Source: Oculatellaceae cyanobacterium bins.114 (GTDB taxonomy: Bacteria > Cyanobacteriota > Cyanobacteriia > Elainellales > Elainellaceae). Taken from it: a stretch of 64,000 bases of DNA. The position numbers were made by a program, and so were the translations under genes. Numbering within the stretch: position 1 is the stretch's first letter; each line of letters begins with the position of its first letter. The stretch is from positions 20,678 to 84,677 of the forward strand of contig JANRJA010000203.1 of the NCBI GenBank assembly GCA_033764315.1, given 5' to 3'. Positions 25,486 to 36,060 of this stretch are shown one piece after another. The notes beneath the pieces were generated by a model. That model was not told the origin of the DNA. It saw nothing but the letters and a program-made list of their open reading frames with translations, and did no database searches.

Positions 25486-27921
25486 ATGAGGTGGATGTCG
25501 GTAGGCGATAACCCAATTAGAGTAACGGCTTCGCATCGTCTACATCAGTTGCCGCTGGTGTTAGCCGGTCCCATGCTACGACGAACTGAGGCAGATGCGG
25601 TGACGGTTTGGGTTGCCTTGCAACACGCCTGTGTCGTGACACTCCAGGTTTATGCCACCCAGGATCAGGGAAATCAACTCGATCGCCTGATGTTATCGGG
25701 CACTCGTGAAACGATCGCTGTCGGTCAGCACCTACATATCGTGGCCGTTACAGCGATTCCAGTGGCGGACGACAACCCCGTTTCGCATCACCTCACCCCC
25801 GATAGCTTGTACGCCTATGACCTCCGCTTTAGCCCACTACAAACGGATGAGCGACAAGACATCCCGACAGATCTAACGATCTCAGATCTAACGTTGTTAG
25901 AGGCCATCCAAACCCCGTTTAGTGGTGAGACTTCCATCAGTTATTTTCAGCATCAGTTACCGACCTTTGCCTTACCTCCCTCTGATTTAAACCAACTCAA
26001 CATCGTTCATGGTTCCTGCCGCAAACCCCACGGCAGCGGACGGGATGCCCTAATTTTTCTAGATCAGTTGTTGGAGCGGAATAGCCATGACCCCAACGCT
26101 AGACCCCATCAAGTGTTTTTGACAGGCGATCAAATTTATGGAGATGATGTGGCCGATCCCTGGTTGTGGTTACTAACCGATATTGGGGACACCGTGTTGG
26201 GGTGGCAAGAGCAGTTGCCGTTAGATCACGAGAGCACTATTCTGGCCCATCAATATCCACCTGGACAACGCAGTGAGTTGGCTGAAACCCAAGCTGGACT
26301 GACCGCTGGGCTGAAAAATAAACCGGAATATGCCAAAAGCCATCTGTTAAGCTTTAGCGAATATTGTGCAACGTATTTGTTAGCGTGGTCGCCTGTACTC
26401 CATCCACCGACGCTGCCAAATCAGCCACCCGATCTGCTCAAGGGGCGATCGCGATCGTGGCGACAAGAAGTTAAAGCCTTGCGGCAGTTTACTCAACAAC
26501 TCTGGCGAGTGCGTCGAGCCTTAGCAAATACCCCCACTTACACCGTGTTTGATGACCACGACATTAGCGATGATTGGTATCTCAATCAAGCCTGGTGTTT
26601 GCGCGTGTTAGGCAAACCCTTAGGCAGACGGGTGGTGCAAAACGGCTTACAAGCCTATGCTCTGTTTCAAGGGTGGGGCAACACACCTGACCAATTTGTC
26701 GCAGGGCAAGCGGGTGAAACCCTGTTGCAAGCGATCGCCCACTGGTCAGCCACACAGGGCAAAGATGTCAAAGCAGATCAGACGATCGCCTCTCTTTTAG
26801 GGTTGCCGCCGCAAAACCCCCACACAGGGTTGCCCCAGTTTACGCGAGATGGAGAAACGTTAATTTTAGACCGCGATCGCGGTGCTTTGGATTGGCACTA
26901 CACAGTGCGAGGCGATCGCCACGAAGTAATTGTGTTAGATACTCGAACCTGGCGCGGCTATCCTGCTGAGCGATCGCCCAAAGCACCCCCCATGTTGTTG
27001 AGTCCAACTGCATTTGAGCGACAACTGCAAACTCCCTTACAACTCACCGACCAACTCAACCAGTCTGGTGCTCAGATTGAACTGACGCTTGTGATTGCTC
27101 CTACTAATCTGGTTCATATGCGAGCCATTGACTGGGTGCAACAGTTAAATCTCAAACAGGGCAATGTTTACAACAACGATGTGGGCGATGCCTGGAACCT
27201 CCACAAAGGGGCATTGGCAGCATTGTTGGCAACGCTATTTGAGCAGCGCGATCGCATTGTTGTGTTGTCAGGTGACATTCATTATGGGTATGCAACCCGG
27301 CTCAACTATTGGTCACAGACACCATCAGCGATGGCTCCATCAAAGCCCCCTAAAACGCCACATGTCTTAGCACAGTTAACTTCTAGTGCCTTTAAAAACG
27401 CGGAGTGGAAAACGCAAATTGTTCACACTAAACTCAAGGCGATCGCACCAGAACCCTCACAATATTGGTTGGGTTGGCAATCTCCTCTGTTAGAACAGTT
27501 GCCAGACGCCCCCATTGCCAAACAAATTCACTCTTTTTGGAGAAATCCAGAAAAAGTATGGACTGCTGCTCTTCAAAACTCGCCAGATCCACCGGATTGG
27601 TTCTATCGCCTGGATTGGATCAAACGCCAACCTGCTCAACTAGCTTTTGAAGTAACTTTTCCTCCCGAAAAAAGTCAACAGGGCTGGCTCCCTCGCCTCT
27701 TACAACCGATGAGTTGGCTATGGCGCAATCGTTGGCTGCAAGAAGGCCCCGAAGTCGTTGGTCACAATAACTTAGGAGTGGTGCGGTTTCAATGGTCTGA
27801 GTCTAAAACTGTGATTCAAGATCTATATTGGCTTGCCCCCTGGCACCCCAATCAAGTCATCACTAGCCGCTTTGAGGTTCCCCTGACGCTTGATCCGTCA
27901 CCCACTCTCAATCACAAATGA
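25486..27921 (+). CDS. Large PhoD-like metallophosphatase-superfamily protein
   Basis: Start moved to ATG 25486 (GGAGG at 25474-25478). 811 aa. Ordered motifs HGSCRKPHG, FLTGDQIYGDDV, VFDDHDISDDW and LSGDIHYGY resemble the PhoD/calcineurin-like metal-ligand blocks. Confidence 0.55.
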   Translation: MRWMSVGDNPIRVTASHRLHQLPLVLAGPMLRRTEADAVTVWVALQHACVVTLQVYATQDQGNQLDRLMLSGTRETIAVGQHLHIVAVTAIPVADDNPVSHHLTPDSLYAYDLRFSPLQTDERQDIPTDLTISDLTLLEAIQTPFSGETSISYFQHQLPTFALPPSDLNQLNIVHGSCRKPHGSGRDALIFLDQLLERNSHDPNARPHQVFLTGDQIYGDDVADPWLWLLTDIGDTVLGWQEQLPLDHESTILAHQYPPGQRSELAETQAGLTAGLKNKPEYAKSHLLSFSEYCATYLLAWSPVLHPPTLPNQPPDLLKGRSRSWRQEVKALRQFTQQLWRVRRALANTPTYTVFDDHDISDDWYLNQAWCLRVLGKPLGRRVVQNGLQAYALFQGWGNTPDQFVAGQAGETLLQAIAHWSATQGKDVKADQTIASLLGLPPQNPHTGLPQFTRDGETLILDRDRGALDWHYTVRGDRHEVIVLDTRTWRGYPAERSPKAPPMLLSPTAFERQLQTPLQLTDQLNQSGAQIELTLVIAPTNLVHMRAIDWVQQLNLKQGNVYNNDVGDAWNLHKGALAALLATLFEQRDRIVVLSGDIHYGYATRLNYWSQTPSAMAPSKPPKTPHVLAQLTSSAFKNAEWKTQIVHTKLKAIAPEPSQYWLGWQSPLLEQLPDAPIAKQIHSFWRNPEKVWTAALQNSPDPPDWFYRLDWIKRQPAQLAFEVTFPPEKSQQGWLPRLLQPMSWLWRNRWLQEGPEVVGHNNLGVVRFQWSESKTVIQDLYWLAPWHPNQVITSRFEVPLTLDPSPTLNHK

Positions 27922-27958
27922 CATCGTCAAGCGATGACGGACTCATAACGATTGGCTC

Positions 27959-29809
27959 TCAACACTCAGCACTCACTTCAACCAAGGGCATGACACAGTA
28001 GAGATTGCGCCCTTGAGTTTTAGCCTTATAGAGTGCCTGATCAGCGTTTGCAAATAATGTTTGGGGGGTGTGTTGAATGCTGGGAACAGTGCTAGAGATT
28101 CCCAGACTAATCGTGACCTGTTGACTAACGATAGAAGACGCATGGGAAATGGCAAGTTGAGCGATCGCCCCTCGAATCTGCTTTGCCATACAGACTGCTC
28201 CTTCGATGTCAGTATTAGGCAAAATAATGGCAAACTCTTCACCCCCATATCGGGCTACAAAATCAGCAGGACGCTTAGCAGTTTGAGCGATCGCCAGAGC
28301 AATTTGCTGTAAGCACATGTCACCTGCTTGATGACCATAGTAATCGTTGTAGTTTTTGAAGTAGTCAATATCGCAGAGCAAGAGAGACAGAGGCACTTGT
28401 TCTCGTTTAAGACGATGCCACTCCTGCTCAAGATAGGCGTCAAAACAGCGACGGTTTGCCACTTGAGTCAGGCTATCCATCAGGGCTAACCGTTGTAACT
28501 CTTGGTTGCTGGCCTGCAAATCTTGATATAGCTGAGAGTGTTGAATGGCGATCGCCACAGACTGAGATAGTTGCTTGAGCAGGTCAATTTGACTGGGTTG
28601 CCACAGATATGGGGCAGAACAGTGTTGAACTGCAATTAACCCCCACACTTGCTCACCTTGCAAAATTGGCACAACCAGATTGGCTCTCACTTGAAGCTGA
28701 CTTAACAAATTGGCATAACACGGAGCCACCGACGCAGTTTTAACGTCAGCAATAGCTTGGATATGCCCTTGAGTATAGGCAAGGATGCACGAGTCTAATC
28801 GGACACAGTCATCCACAATCTCCTTGCCTAGCAACGACAACCAAGACTCACCAACTGACTCTGCAATAACAGTGCCCTTGTTATGGTCATCAAAGCGATA
28901 AATCAAAACGCGATCGGTCTGAAAGAGGTGGCGAACTTCTGCGACCGTTGTACTGAGAATGTCATTCAGGTCAAGCGATCGCTGGATCTGGTGCGTCATC
29001 TCAACCATCAATCTTTCTTGTGCTGCTTCTTGCCGCAGAGAGTCAATCGTTTGCTGACGATGGCTCGCGTCTTGCACCACCAACACCCCGCCAATCATAT
29101 GGCCCTTGTCGTCTGTAATGGGCGAGGCAGAAAGACTGACAGGCCGTTCTGACCCATCTCGGAGGGTCAAAGTACAGGCATCGGGCAGAGAGATCCGAGT
29201 TTGAGTTTGAATGGCTGTAAGAATCGGGTTGGCGATCGCGTTTGAGGTACTGCTATCGTTTAATCGAAATATCTGAGTCACACATTGACCCAACGCTTCA
29301 CTGAGGGGACATCCCGTCAATGTTTCAGCTATAGCATTCATAAAGGTAATGCGACCCAGGCAATCCGTCGTGATCGTTGCATCCTGAATGCTACTTAACG
29401 TTGGTTTTAACCATTTCTGAACGTTACTTAACTCTCGCTCGACTTGGTGACGTCGCAAAGCTGTCTCGATCGTGACCTGCAACTCCATGCGGCTAAAAGG
29501 TTTGAGTAAATAACCAAAGGGCGCAGTAACCATTGCTTGCTTTATTGTTTGGTCATCAGCATGGGCCGTTAAATAAACCACTGGAATCTGAAATTGAGTC
29601 CAGATTGTTTGAGCTGCCGCGATTCCATCCATCCTGCCATGCAAGCGAATATCCATCAGCACTAAATCAGGATGAACCTCACCTGCGATCTGCACAGCTG
29701 TTTCAGCACAGGCAACATTTGCCACAACGGAATGATCAAAAATCTGCAAAATTTCTTGAATATTCCAGGCAACCACGCGCTCGTCTTCAACGACTAAAAT
29801 TCTTGCCAT
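27959..29809 (-). CDS. Response-regulator receiver - PAS - GAF - GGDEF diguanylate cyclase
   Basis: Start moved to ATG 29809 (MARILVVEDE). REC with DLVLMD, PAS, GAF, and GGDEF with an intact RYGGEEF motif. Confidence 0.9.
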   Translation of the reverse strand: MARILVVEDERVVAWNIQEILQIFDHSVVANVACAETAVQIAGEVHPDLVLMDIRLHGRMDGIAAAQTIWTQFQIPVVYLTAHADDQTIKQAMVTAPFGYLLKPFSRMELQVTIETALRRHQVERELSNVQKWLKPTLSSIQDATITTDCLGRITFMNAIAETLTGCPLSEALGQCVTQIFRLNDSSTSNAIANPILTAIQTQTRISLPDACTLTLRDGSERPVSLSASPITDDKGHMIGGVLVVQDASHRQQTIDSLRQEAAQERLMVEMTHQIQRSLDLNDILSTTVAEVRHLFQTDRVLIYRFDDHNKGTVIAESVGESWLSLLGKEIVDDCVRLDSCILAYTQGHIQAIADVKTASVAPCYANLLSQLQVRANLVVPILQGEQVWGLIAVQHCSAPYLWQPSQIDLLKQLSQSVAIAIQHSQLYQDLQASNQELQRLALMDSLTQVANRRCFDAYLEQEWHRLKREQVPLSLLLCDIDYFKNYNDYYGHQAGDMCLQQIALAIAQTAKRPADFVARYGGEEFAIILPNTDIEGAVCMAKQIRGAIAQLAISHASSIVSQQVTISLGISSTVPSIQHTPQTLFANADQALYKAKTQGRNLYCVMPLVEVSAEC

Positions 29810-29868
29810 ACGTTTGTGTTCACTGCCCAGTAGTCTCAAACAAACGACCACATTTCTATAACAACGTT

Positions 29869-29921
29869 ATATAGCAATCCCAAAAGAGTGCACCTCTCAC
29901 AACCCCTTTGGAATTGCTATC
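29869..29921. repeat. Short hairpin element related to the TATAGCAATCC family
   Basis: ATAGCAATCC...CTCTCACAACC...GGAATTGCTAT. The terminal inverted repeat has a 1-nt bulge. It shares TATAGCAATCC and CTCTCACAACC with the element at 52696-52796. Confidence 0.6.
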
Positions 29922-30547
29922 GCTAGCTTTTGAAGTTTGATATCGGAATGCTATTCATTAACATCGCCCCTTTATCTACCAAGAAAGGCTTATTTCTGTC
30001 GAGTACAGTCTCTCAAAAATTCAGTTGAAAATCACGCCTTGCTGCTCTAAAAATAGGCTTAATTAATCGTTGCTATAGCCCCAACGTTAATCTCTGAGCA
30101 AAAGCTCAAGCCTCACAAGCAGATCGTCTGAATGAAATTGGCCTCAGCGTAGGTAAGTGTCAATAGTCAATTAACAGGAACTTATATCAGCCACCAACTA
30201 TCAGCTAATGGCTTAAAACTCAATTCACTGTCAATACAAAATTCCACCCTGATCATCATTCAGATCAATATTAATACGTTCAGAGATAAAAGAAGGTAGG
30301 TTTTGTGGGGATTATTCACATCAAAAGACAGAAATCTTATTCTTTTCTACTGAATAAAGAGATGTATATTTAATTTACAACTACTGACAAAAGTCTGTAA
30401 AATCAACAGATTTACATCGTGAATTGATCATAGTTGATAACAATTGATGTAAGTTTTAAGTCATGTTTGCGTGAGCTTAAAAACGACTTGGACAAGGTTT
30501 GAGACTGGTTGACGGGCAATCGCAGAAGTCCATTGCAGAGATTGCTC

Positions 30548-31384
30548 TCATTCTTCTGATGAAACCTGCATTTGAACATAAATCAAGGCAATCGTTACAG
30601 CCAGTAAGATCGTTGCAGCTGCAGCCGCATAGCCAAAATCAAATTGGGCAAATGCCTCTTCATAGATATAAAACACTAACAGATTGGTGGAATTGAGCGG
30701 TCCTCCACCTGTCATCACATAAGGCTGCTCAAAGCTGCGTAGGGTAAAGATCGCAGTCGTAACAGCCGCGAAGATCAGAGTAGGACGCAACCCTGGTAGT
30801 GTAATGTACCAAAACTGATTCAACCGATTGGCTCCATCTAGCTCAGCGGCCTCATAGCGACTTTGAGGAATCGTTTGCAACCCTGCTAGAAAAACCACCA
30901 TGTTAAACCCAAGTTGTTTCCAAATACTGAGCACAATTAACACAGGCATTGCCCAAACCGGGCTGCCTAGCCAGGGAATGGGATCAAGTGCGATCGTTGC
31001 TAACGCTGCATTGATTGGCCCATCGTTTTGAAACAACCAGCGAAAACCCAGACCCACTGCCACAAGCGAAGTGATTGAGGGAATGAAATAGGCAGTTCGC
31101 AACAAGCCTCGCAACACAAAAGCCCGGTTGAGCAGCACAGCTAAGCCCAAGGGAATCGCCAGACTAGGAACAAGAGTCGCCAGCGTAAAGTAGACGGTAT
31201 TGCCCAAGACTTGCCAAAAATCGGGGTTAATCAGCAATCGCCAATAATTTCTGAACCCAATCCAATGGATGCCTGCTCGTGTAAAGCTGCCTTCTGTGAG
31301 GCTGAGGTAGCCGAGATAGGCGATCGGAAACAACACAAAAATGCTGAGTAAGATCAGTGCAGGGGCTAAAAAAGCCCAGGCCAT
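30548..31384 (-). CDS. Carbohydrate-type ABC transporter permease (MalF/UgpA-like)
   Basis: Start moved to ATG 31384, because the upstream codons are the translated heptamer array. 6-TM layout. EAA loop YEAAELDGANRLNQFWYITLPGLRP. Confidence 0.85.
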   Translation of the reverse strand: MAWAFLAPALILLSIFVLFPIAYLGYLSLTEGSFTRAGIHWIGFRNYWRLLINPDFWQVLGNTVYFTLATLVPSLAIPLGLAVLLNRAFVLRGLLRTAYFIPSITSLVAVGLGFRWLFQNDGPINAALATIALDPIPWLGSPVWAMPVLIVLSIWKQLGFNMVVFLAGLQTIPQSRYEAAELDGANRLNQFWYITLPGLRPTLIFAAVTTAIFTLRSFEQPYVMTGGGPLNSTNLLVFYIYEEAFAQFDFGYAAAAATILLAVTIALIYVQMQVSSEE

Positions 31385-31410
31385 CAGAGTTTCACTAGAG
31401 CGGGCAGAGC

Positions 31411-31445
31411 TTGACCACTGACCATTGACCATTGACCATTAACCA
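31411..31445. repeat. Heptamer tandem array (T/C)T(G/A)ACCA x5
   Basis: ttgacca ctgacca ttgacca ttgacca ttaacca. Confidence 0.9.
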
Positions 31446-31506
31446 TCAAAAACTGCTGTAACAATGGTAGGGTAAGCATCCATAGTCTGTAATTCTTTTT
31501 CGATTC

Positions 31507-32211
31507 ATGATATCTGATGTCTCGTCAGTTGATATTGGGTCACAGGCCATGCGAAACCATTCCTCTGGTGAGGTTGCCAGTTTAGTGTCGCCTGATGTTG
31601 CCGCGATCGCCCCTCGTTTTTCAGAGCCACCGTTGCGACTGGGGGTGATGGCGTCAGGGAGTGGCAGCAATTTTGAGGCGATCGCTCAAGCCATTGCCAA
31701 TCAACAACTCAACGCCCAAATTCAAGTACTCGTTTACAACAATCCTGATACGAAAGCAGCTACCCGTGCCGATCGGTGGGGCATTCCCAAGGTGTTGCTC
31801 AACCATCGACAGTTTGACAGCCGAGAAGCGTTGGATGGGGCGATCGCAGAGACAATGCAGCACTATCAGGTCGATTTGATTGTGATGGCAGGCTGGATGC
31901 GAATCGTGACTGAGGTGCTGATCAACGCCTTTCCCGATCGCCTGCTGAACATTCACCCCAGTTTACTCCCCAGTTTTCGGGGTGCTCGTGCAGTCGAACA
32001 GGCTCTCGCCGCAGGGGTCAAAATCACAGGTTGTACCGTTCACCTAGTGCGCCTGGAGGTCGATAGTGGCCCGATCATCATCCAGGCAGCCGTACCGATC
32101 TTGCCAGAAGATACGGTGGAAAGCCTGCATCAACGCATTCAGGTAGAGGAGCATCGCATTTTTCCAGCCGCGATCGCCCTGCTAGCTCACCAACACAGCC
32201 AGACCCCGTAA
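31507..32211 (+). CDS. purN: Phosphoribosylglycinamide formyltransferase
   Basis: LGVMASGSGSNFEAI and HPSLLPSFRGA motifs. The exact start is uncertain, with several in-frame candidates before LRLGVMASG. Confidence 0.85.
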   Translation: MISDVSSVDIGSQAMRNHSSGEVASLVSPDVAAIAPRFSEPPLRLGVMASGSGSNFEAIAQAIANQQLNAQIQVLVYNNPDTKAATRADRWGIPKVLLNHRQFDSREALDGAIAETMQHYQVDLIVMAGWMRIVTEVLINAFPDRLLNIHPSLLPSFRGARAVEQALAAGVKITGCTVHLVRLEVDSGPIIIQAAVPILPEDTVESLHQRIQVEEHRIFPAAIALLAHQHSQTP

Positions 32212-32225
32212 TTGCTTAAATGCTC

Positions 32226-32807
32226 TCACTCGGCAGCAAATACCTGTTCAACTGTCAGATTTAGCTCTGGAAAGGTTTGGAGTTGAACGCGATCGCCCCC
32301 CAAAAACTCAGTTGCCTCGTACAAATCTTCGATAGAGTTGAATACCGTGATTTTCGAGCTTAGGGGATCGACCACTACATATTCGGGAATTTCCCGCACG
32401 TTATATTCCAATCGCTTAGCCCGGTAGTCTACGGTTTTGGTCGTTTCACTGACCACCTCCACAACCAAAAAGGGAGCAGGTTCATTTAGCTCAATCACGG
32501 CTTCACGGGTTCTCAGATTACGCCACTGCTCTAACGAAATCACCACGACATCGGGAATGCGAGAGGTATCCCAGCGACCCCCACGAGGCGAGCGAATACC
32601 CACTGTCATCTGTTTAGATGTCCACTCCCTTCCCAATCGCTTAATTTCAGCGCGAAAGGCATCGTTCAAAAACTCTGCGATCGCTCCATGTTGACCTTCT
32701 CCCAAACTCATAGGAACCAATTCACCCTGCACCAATTCATAACGAGTGTCTGTGCCATCGTTATAGGTTAGATATTCTGCGAAAGTAAGGCGCGTTGTAG
32801 TAACCAT
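32226..32807 (-). CDS. Uma2-family (DUF820) putative endonuclease
   Basis: 193 aa. N-terminal FAEYL...[12 protein letters not shown] and PD-(D/E)xK-like IPDVVV...[11 protein letters not shown], typical of the highly paralogous cyanobacterial Uma2 family. Confidence 0.85.
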   Translation of the reverse strand: MVTTTRLTFAEYLTYNDGTDTRYELVQGELVPMSLGEGQHGAIAEFLNDAFRAEIKRLGREWTSKQMTVGIRSPRGGRWDTSRIPDVVVISLEQWRNLRTREAVIELNEPAPFLVVEVVSETTKTVDYRAKRLEYNVREIPEYVVVDPLSSKITVFNSIEDLYEATEFLGGDRVQLQTFPELNLTVEQVFAAE

Positions 32808-32818
32808 TGCTCTAGCCG

Positions 32819-32846
32819 TTGACGATTGACTATAAACGATTGACCA
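32819..32846. repeat. Heptamer array TTGACNA-type x4
   Basis: ttgacga ttgacta taaacga ttgacca. Same family and orientation as 31411-31445. Confidence 0.75.
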
Positions 32847-32850
32847 TCCA

Positions 32851-33678
32851 CTAAACTTTTGAGCGATCGGTCAAAATCTCGTAGCCTTTGTCAGTCACCA
32901 ACACCGTGTGTTCAAACTGTGCCGAAAGAGCGCGATCGACTGTAACCACCGTCCAGCGATCGGCTAGAGTGCGAGTAAATTTTGAGCCTGCATTGAGAAT
33001 CGGCTCGATCGCCAATGTCATCCCTGCTTTGAGTTTCACATTGGGCATTTCGTGAGTGCGGTAGTTAAAGACAGAGGGTTCTTCGTGTAAGTTGCGCCCC
33101 ACACCGTGCCCAGTGAAGTCTTCAACGACTTTAAAGCCATTGGCTTCGACGTGATCTTGAATTGCGCCTGCAATATCTAACAAATGATTGCCTGCTTTGA
33201 CTTGCTCAATCCCTTTATAGAGGGCTTCTTCTGCCACTCGAATTAGCTTAGCAGCAGCAGGAGTGACATTACCCAGGGCGATCGTGATGCAGGAGTCACC
33301 ATGAAACCCATTGTAAAAGGCACCCGTATCCACCTTGAGCACATCTCCTCGACACAGCACCTTCTTGCGATTGGGAATGCCATGCACCACTTCGTTGTTG
33401 ACACTGGCGCAGATCGAGGCAGGGAAGCCGTGATAGCCTTTGAAACTGGGAGTCGCACCCATGTCACGAATACGCTTCTCAGCATACTCATCTAAATCAG
33501 CCGTGGTCATTCCAGGCTGCACCATCTCAGAAATTTCCTTGAGCACGGTGGCGACAATGCGGGCAGACTGTCGCATGATCTCAATTTCTCGAGCGGATTT
33601 GATCTCAGCTCCTCGGCGTTGTTTGGTGATCCGGGGGCCAGGAGTCGGTTGAGATAGAATGCTAGTCAAAAAATTCAT
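32851..33678 (-). CDS. map: Type I methionyl aminopeptidase
   Basis: Start moved to ATG 33678. Motifs [36 protein letters not shown] and LAIEP. Confidence 0.9.
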   Translation of the reverse strand: MNFLTSILSQPTPGPRITKQRRGAEIKSAREIEIMRQSARIVATVLKEISEMVQPGMTTADLDEYAEKRIRDMGATPSFKGYHGFPASICASVNNEVVHGIPNRKKVLCRGDVLKVDTGAFYNGFHGDSCITIALGNVTPAAAKLIRVAEEALYKGIEQVKAGNHLLDIAGAIQDHVEANGFKVVEDFTGHGVGRNLHEEPSVFNYRTHEMPNVKLKAGMTLAIEPILNAGSKFTRTLADRWTVVTVDRALSAQFEHTVLVTDKGYEILTDRSKV

Positions 33679-34012
33679 GGATGGTGGAAAAATTGCAAGA
33701 TGTGGTGGGAGGAGGAACATTGATAGCTCCTATCCTAAGGTAGCTCAGTTTTGTCAGATTCAAGGCAAGGGCTGAAGGCTTTGCCACCCGTCTCAGTTGC
33801 ACCCTGTCAAAGAGGAAATTTCTTTCCAGGCTTGATTCACTGAGCCTCTTTGGCTTCGCACTCAGCCCTATCCAGCTTTAGCTCGTAGGCGTTGCTAAAC
33901 ACAGAGATGATCTCGTTGATTAAGACAACCGCTGATCAAGACAGCAAGGGAGGTTTCGCAAAACGCCCTGAGATTTTATACAGTTGATCAGCAACGCTCA
34001 CTCTTGACCTAT

Positions 34013-34399
34013 TTAATCGCCACAGTAGACGATCAAATCGATCTCGACGTCACCCAATCCAGCTAGAGCGGTGACTCCAACGGTGGTGCGGCACGGTAAC
34101 CGAGTTGGGTCAAAGTAGGAGGCATAAATTTCATTCACCGTTGGAAAAAATCGAAAATCGGTGACAAAAATTCGTGCCATGACGACCCGGTTAAAGCTTG
34201 TCTCAGCGTGGTCTAAAACCAACTTGAGATTGTCCATAACCCGTCGCGTCTGTTCATCAATGGAACCGCGCACGATCTGCCCCGTGGCCGGATCTTCTGC
34301 TAATTGACCCGTGACAAACAAAAAACCTCCGGCTCGGACAGCATGAGAATAGGGGGCAACAGCGGGCAAGACGTCGTCGGGTAAGGTGATATATTCCAA
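34013..34399 (-). CDS. RidA/YjgF-family reactive-intermediate deaminase
   Basis: 128 aa: APYSHAVRAGGFLFVTGQ...RIFVTDF...R.TVGV..L.....VEID. Confidence 0.85.
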   Translation of the reverse strand: MEYITLPDDVLPAVAPYSHAVRAGGFLFVTGQLAEDPATGQIVRGSIDEQTRRVMDNLKLVLDHAETSFNRVVMARIFVTDFRFFPTVNEIYASYFDPTRLPCRTTVGVTALAGLGDVEIDLIVYCGD

Positions 34400-34538
34400 A
34401 TTTATTGCTCCTGAAAGACTAGTCCGTAAAGAACCATACGAATAGGTTCTCGACAGTACAATCTATCGTGAGGAGTTCAGTTGACACTGTGATTCTTCAT
34501 GCTGAATGGCACATTAAAAACTTGTTGGGGGAGATCTG

Positions 34539-35951
34539 GTGAGCTACACAATTCAAAACGCGATCGTTCCAGTTGAGGCAGGATATAACACTGTTGATGT
34601 GCAGATTGAGGGCGATCGCATTATTGCCATTGCCCCCCACCTTGAGCCAAACGGTACTGTGATCGATGGGCGAGACAAGCTCTTATTACCCGGATTTGTG
34701 AATGCTCACACTCACTCATCTGAAATGTGGCAGCGAGGCTTGATTCCACCGCGACCTTTAGAACTGTGGCTAGGAGAGTTGCATGATTTTGCCCCGGTCG
34801 CTCCAGAGCAGGTTTATCTGGCTGCACTGGGAACAGCAGTTGAAACGCTGCTATCAGGGGGGACAACCGTGGTCGATCACTTAGTTTTGATTCCCGGACA
34901 GGAGAAGGAGTCGATCGCCGCTGCTGTTCGAGCTTATCAAGAAGTCGGCATTCGCGTATTCTTGGGGCCTCTGATTCAAGATGAGCCGTTGAGTGCGGGT
35001 ATGCCGTCTGGCAAGTATGAGATTAAGCATGAGCCATCTGGCTGGAGCACCGAAACGGTACTTGATTTGATGCATGACACGGTGAAGAAATTTCATCACC
35101 CTGAGCAGGGCGTCAATATTATGGTGGCTCCTACCGGAATTCAGCTCTGCTCAGATCAGCTATTTGAGGGGTGTATCGAGTTGAGCGATCGCCATCAGTT
35201 GTGTCGTCATACCCATCTGCTCGAAACCAAAGCGCAACACATGCTGGCTTACGAGAAATATGGGTGTACAGCGGTGCAGCACTTAAAGCACCTTGGCTTT
35301 CTCAGTTCTCGCACCTCTCTGGCTCACTGTGTCTGGCTAGAGGATGCTGACATTCCCATCTTGGCAGAGACCCAATCAACCGTAGTGCACAACCCCCTCA
35401 GCAACCTGCGTTTGGGGAGTGGCATCGCCCCTGTCTTAAAATATCGTCAAGCCGGAGTCAACGTAACGTTTGGGTGTGATGGCTCTGCCAGCAATGACTC
35501 TCAAGACTTGTTAGAGGCCATTAAGCTTGGCACCATTCTCCACAACGTCACTGATCGCGATTACTACCACTGGATCACCCCTCGACAAGCCATCGAAATG
35601 GCGGCTCTGGGTGGAGCAACAGGCTTAGGCATGGCAGACCAAATGGGATCACTGACGGTAGGCAAAAAAGCTGACCTGGTTTTATATGACCTCAAGAGTT
35701 TGTCACTGTTGCCCCGCACTGACCCGATTGGCTTACTCGTGTTGGGCCGACCGATCGCCGTTCACAGTGTGTGGGTTCATGGCAAAGCCGTGGTCACAAA
35801 TGGCACGGTCACAACGATTGATGTGCCCCAACTGCAACAAACCCTGTTTGACAAAAGCGAATGGCAGACTACGCGGCGATCGCCCTCTATGCAAGACATG
35901 GAAATGCACTATCGCCATGTCATGGGGTTAACTCCCACGAGTGAAAATTGA
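34539..35951 (+). CDS. Amidohydrolase-superfamily deaminase/chlorohydrolase-like enzyme
   Basis: 470 aa, GTG start. Metal-binding LLPGFVNAHTHS, later HTHLLE, and C-terminal GCDGSASNDS, as in the MtaD/guanine-deaminase/TrzA group. Confidence 0.8.
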   Translation: MSYTIQNAIVPVEAGYNTVDVQIEGDRIIAIAPHLEPNGTVIDGRDKLLLPGFVNAHTHSSEMWQRGLIPPRPLELWLGELHDFAPVAPEQVYLAALGTAVETLLSGGTTVVDHLVLIPGQEKESIAAAVRAYQEVGIRVFLGPLIQDEPLSAGMPSGKYEIKHEPSGWSTETVLDLMHDTVKKFHHPEQGVNIMVAPTGIQLCSDQLFEGCIELSDRHQLCRHTHLLETKAQHMLAYEKYGCTAVQHLKHLGFLSSRTSLAHCVWLEDADIPILAETQSTVVHNPLSNLRLGSGIAPVLKYRQAGVNVTFGCDGSASNDSQDLLEAIKLGTILHNVTDRDYYHWITPRQAIEMAALGGATGLGMADQMGSLTVGKKADLVLYDLKSLSLLPRTDPIGLLVLGRPIAVHSVWVHGKAVVTNGTVTTIDVPQLQQTLFDKSEWQTTRRSPSMQDMEMHYRHVMGLTPTSEN

Positions 35952-36060
35952 AAAAGAAATTTGATTTTCTCTCTTCTTTTTTCGCCTCTCTCAGCCTCTC
36001 TTCCTCCTCACGATAGAATTAAACCTGGGATCTTCAGAGGAACCTGAGGCAACAGCAGAC

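Noticed and set aside
33739-33750. tRNA-like D-arm word GGTAGCTCAGTT upstream of map
   Set aside because: There is no matching acceptor stem, anticodon arm or GTTCRANYC T-arm within 90 nt. I found no complete tRNA anywhere in the window.
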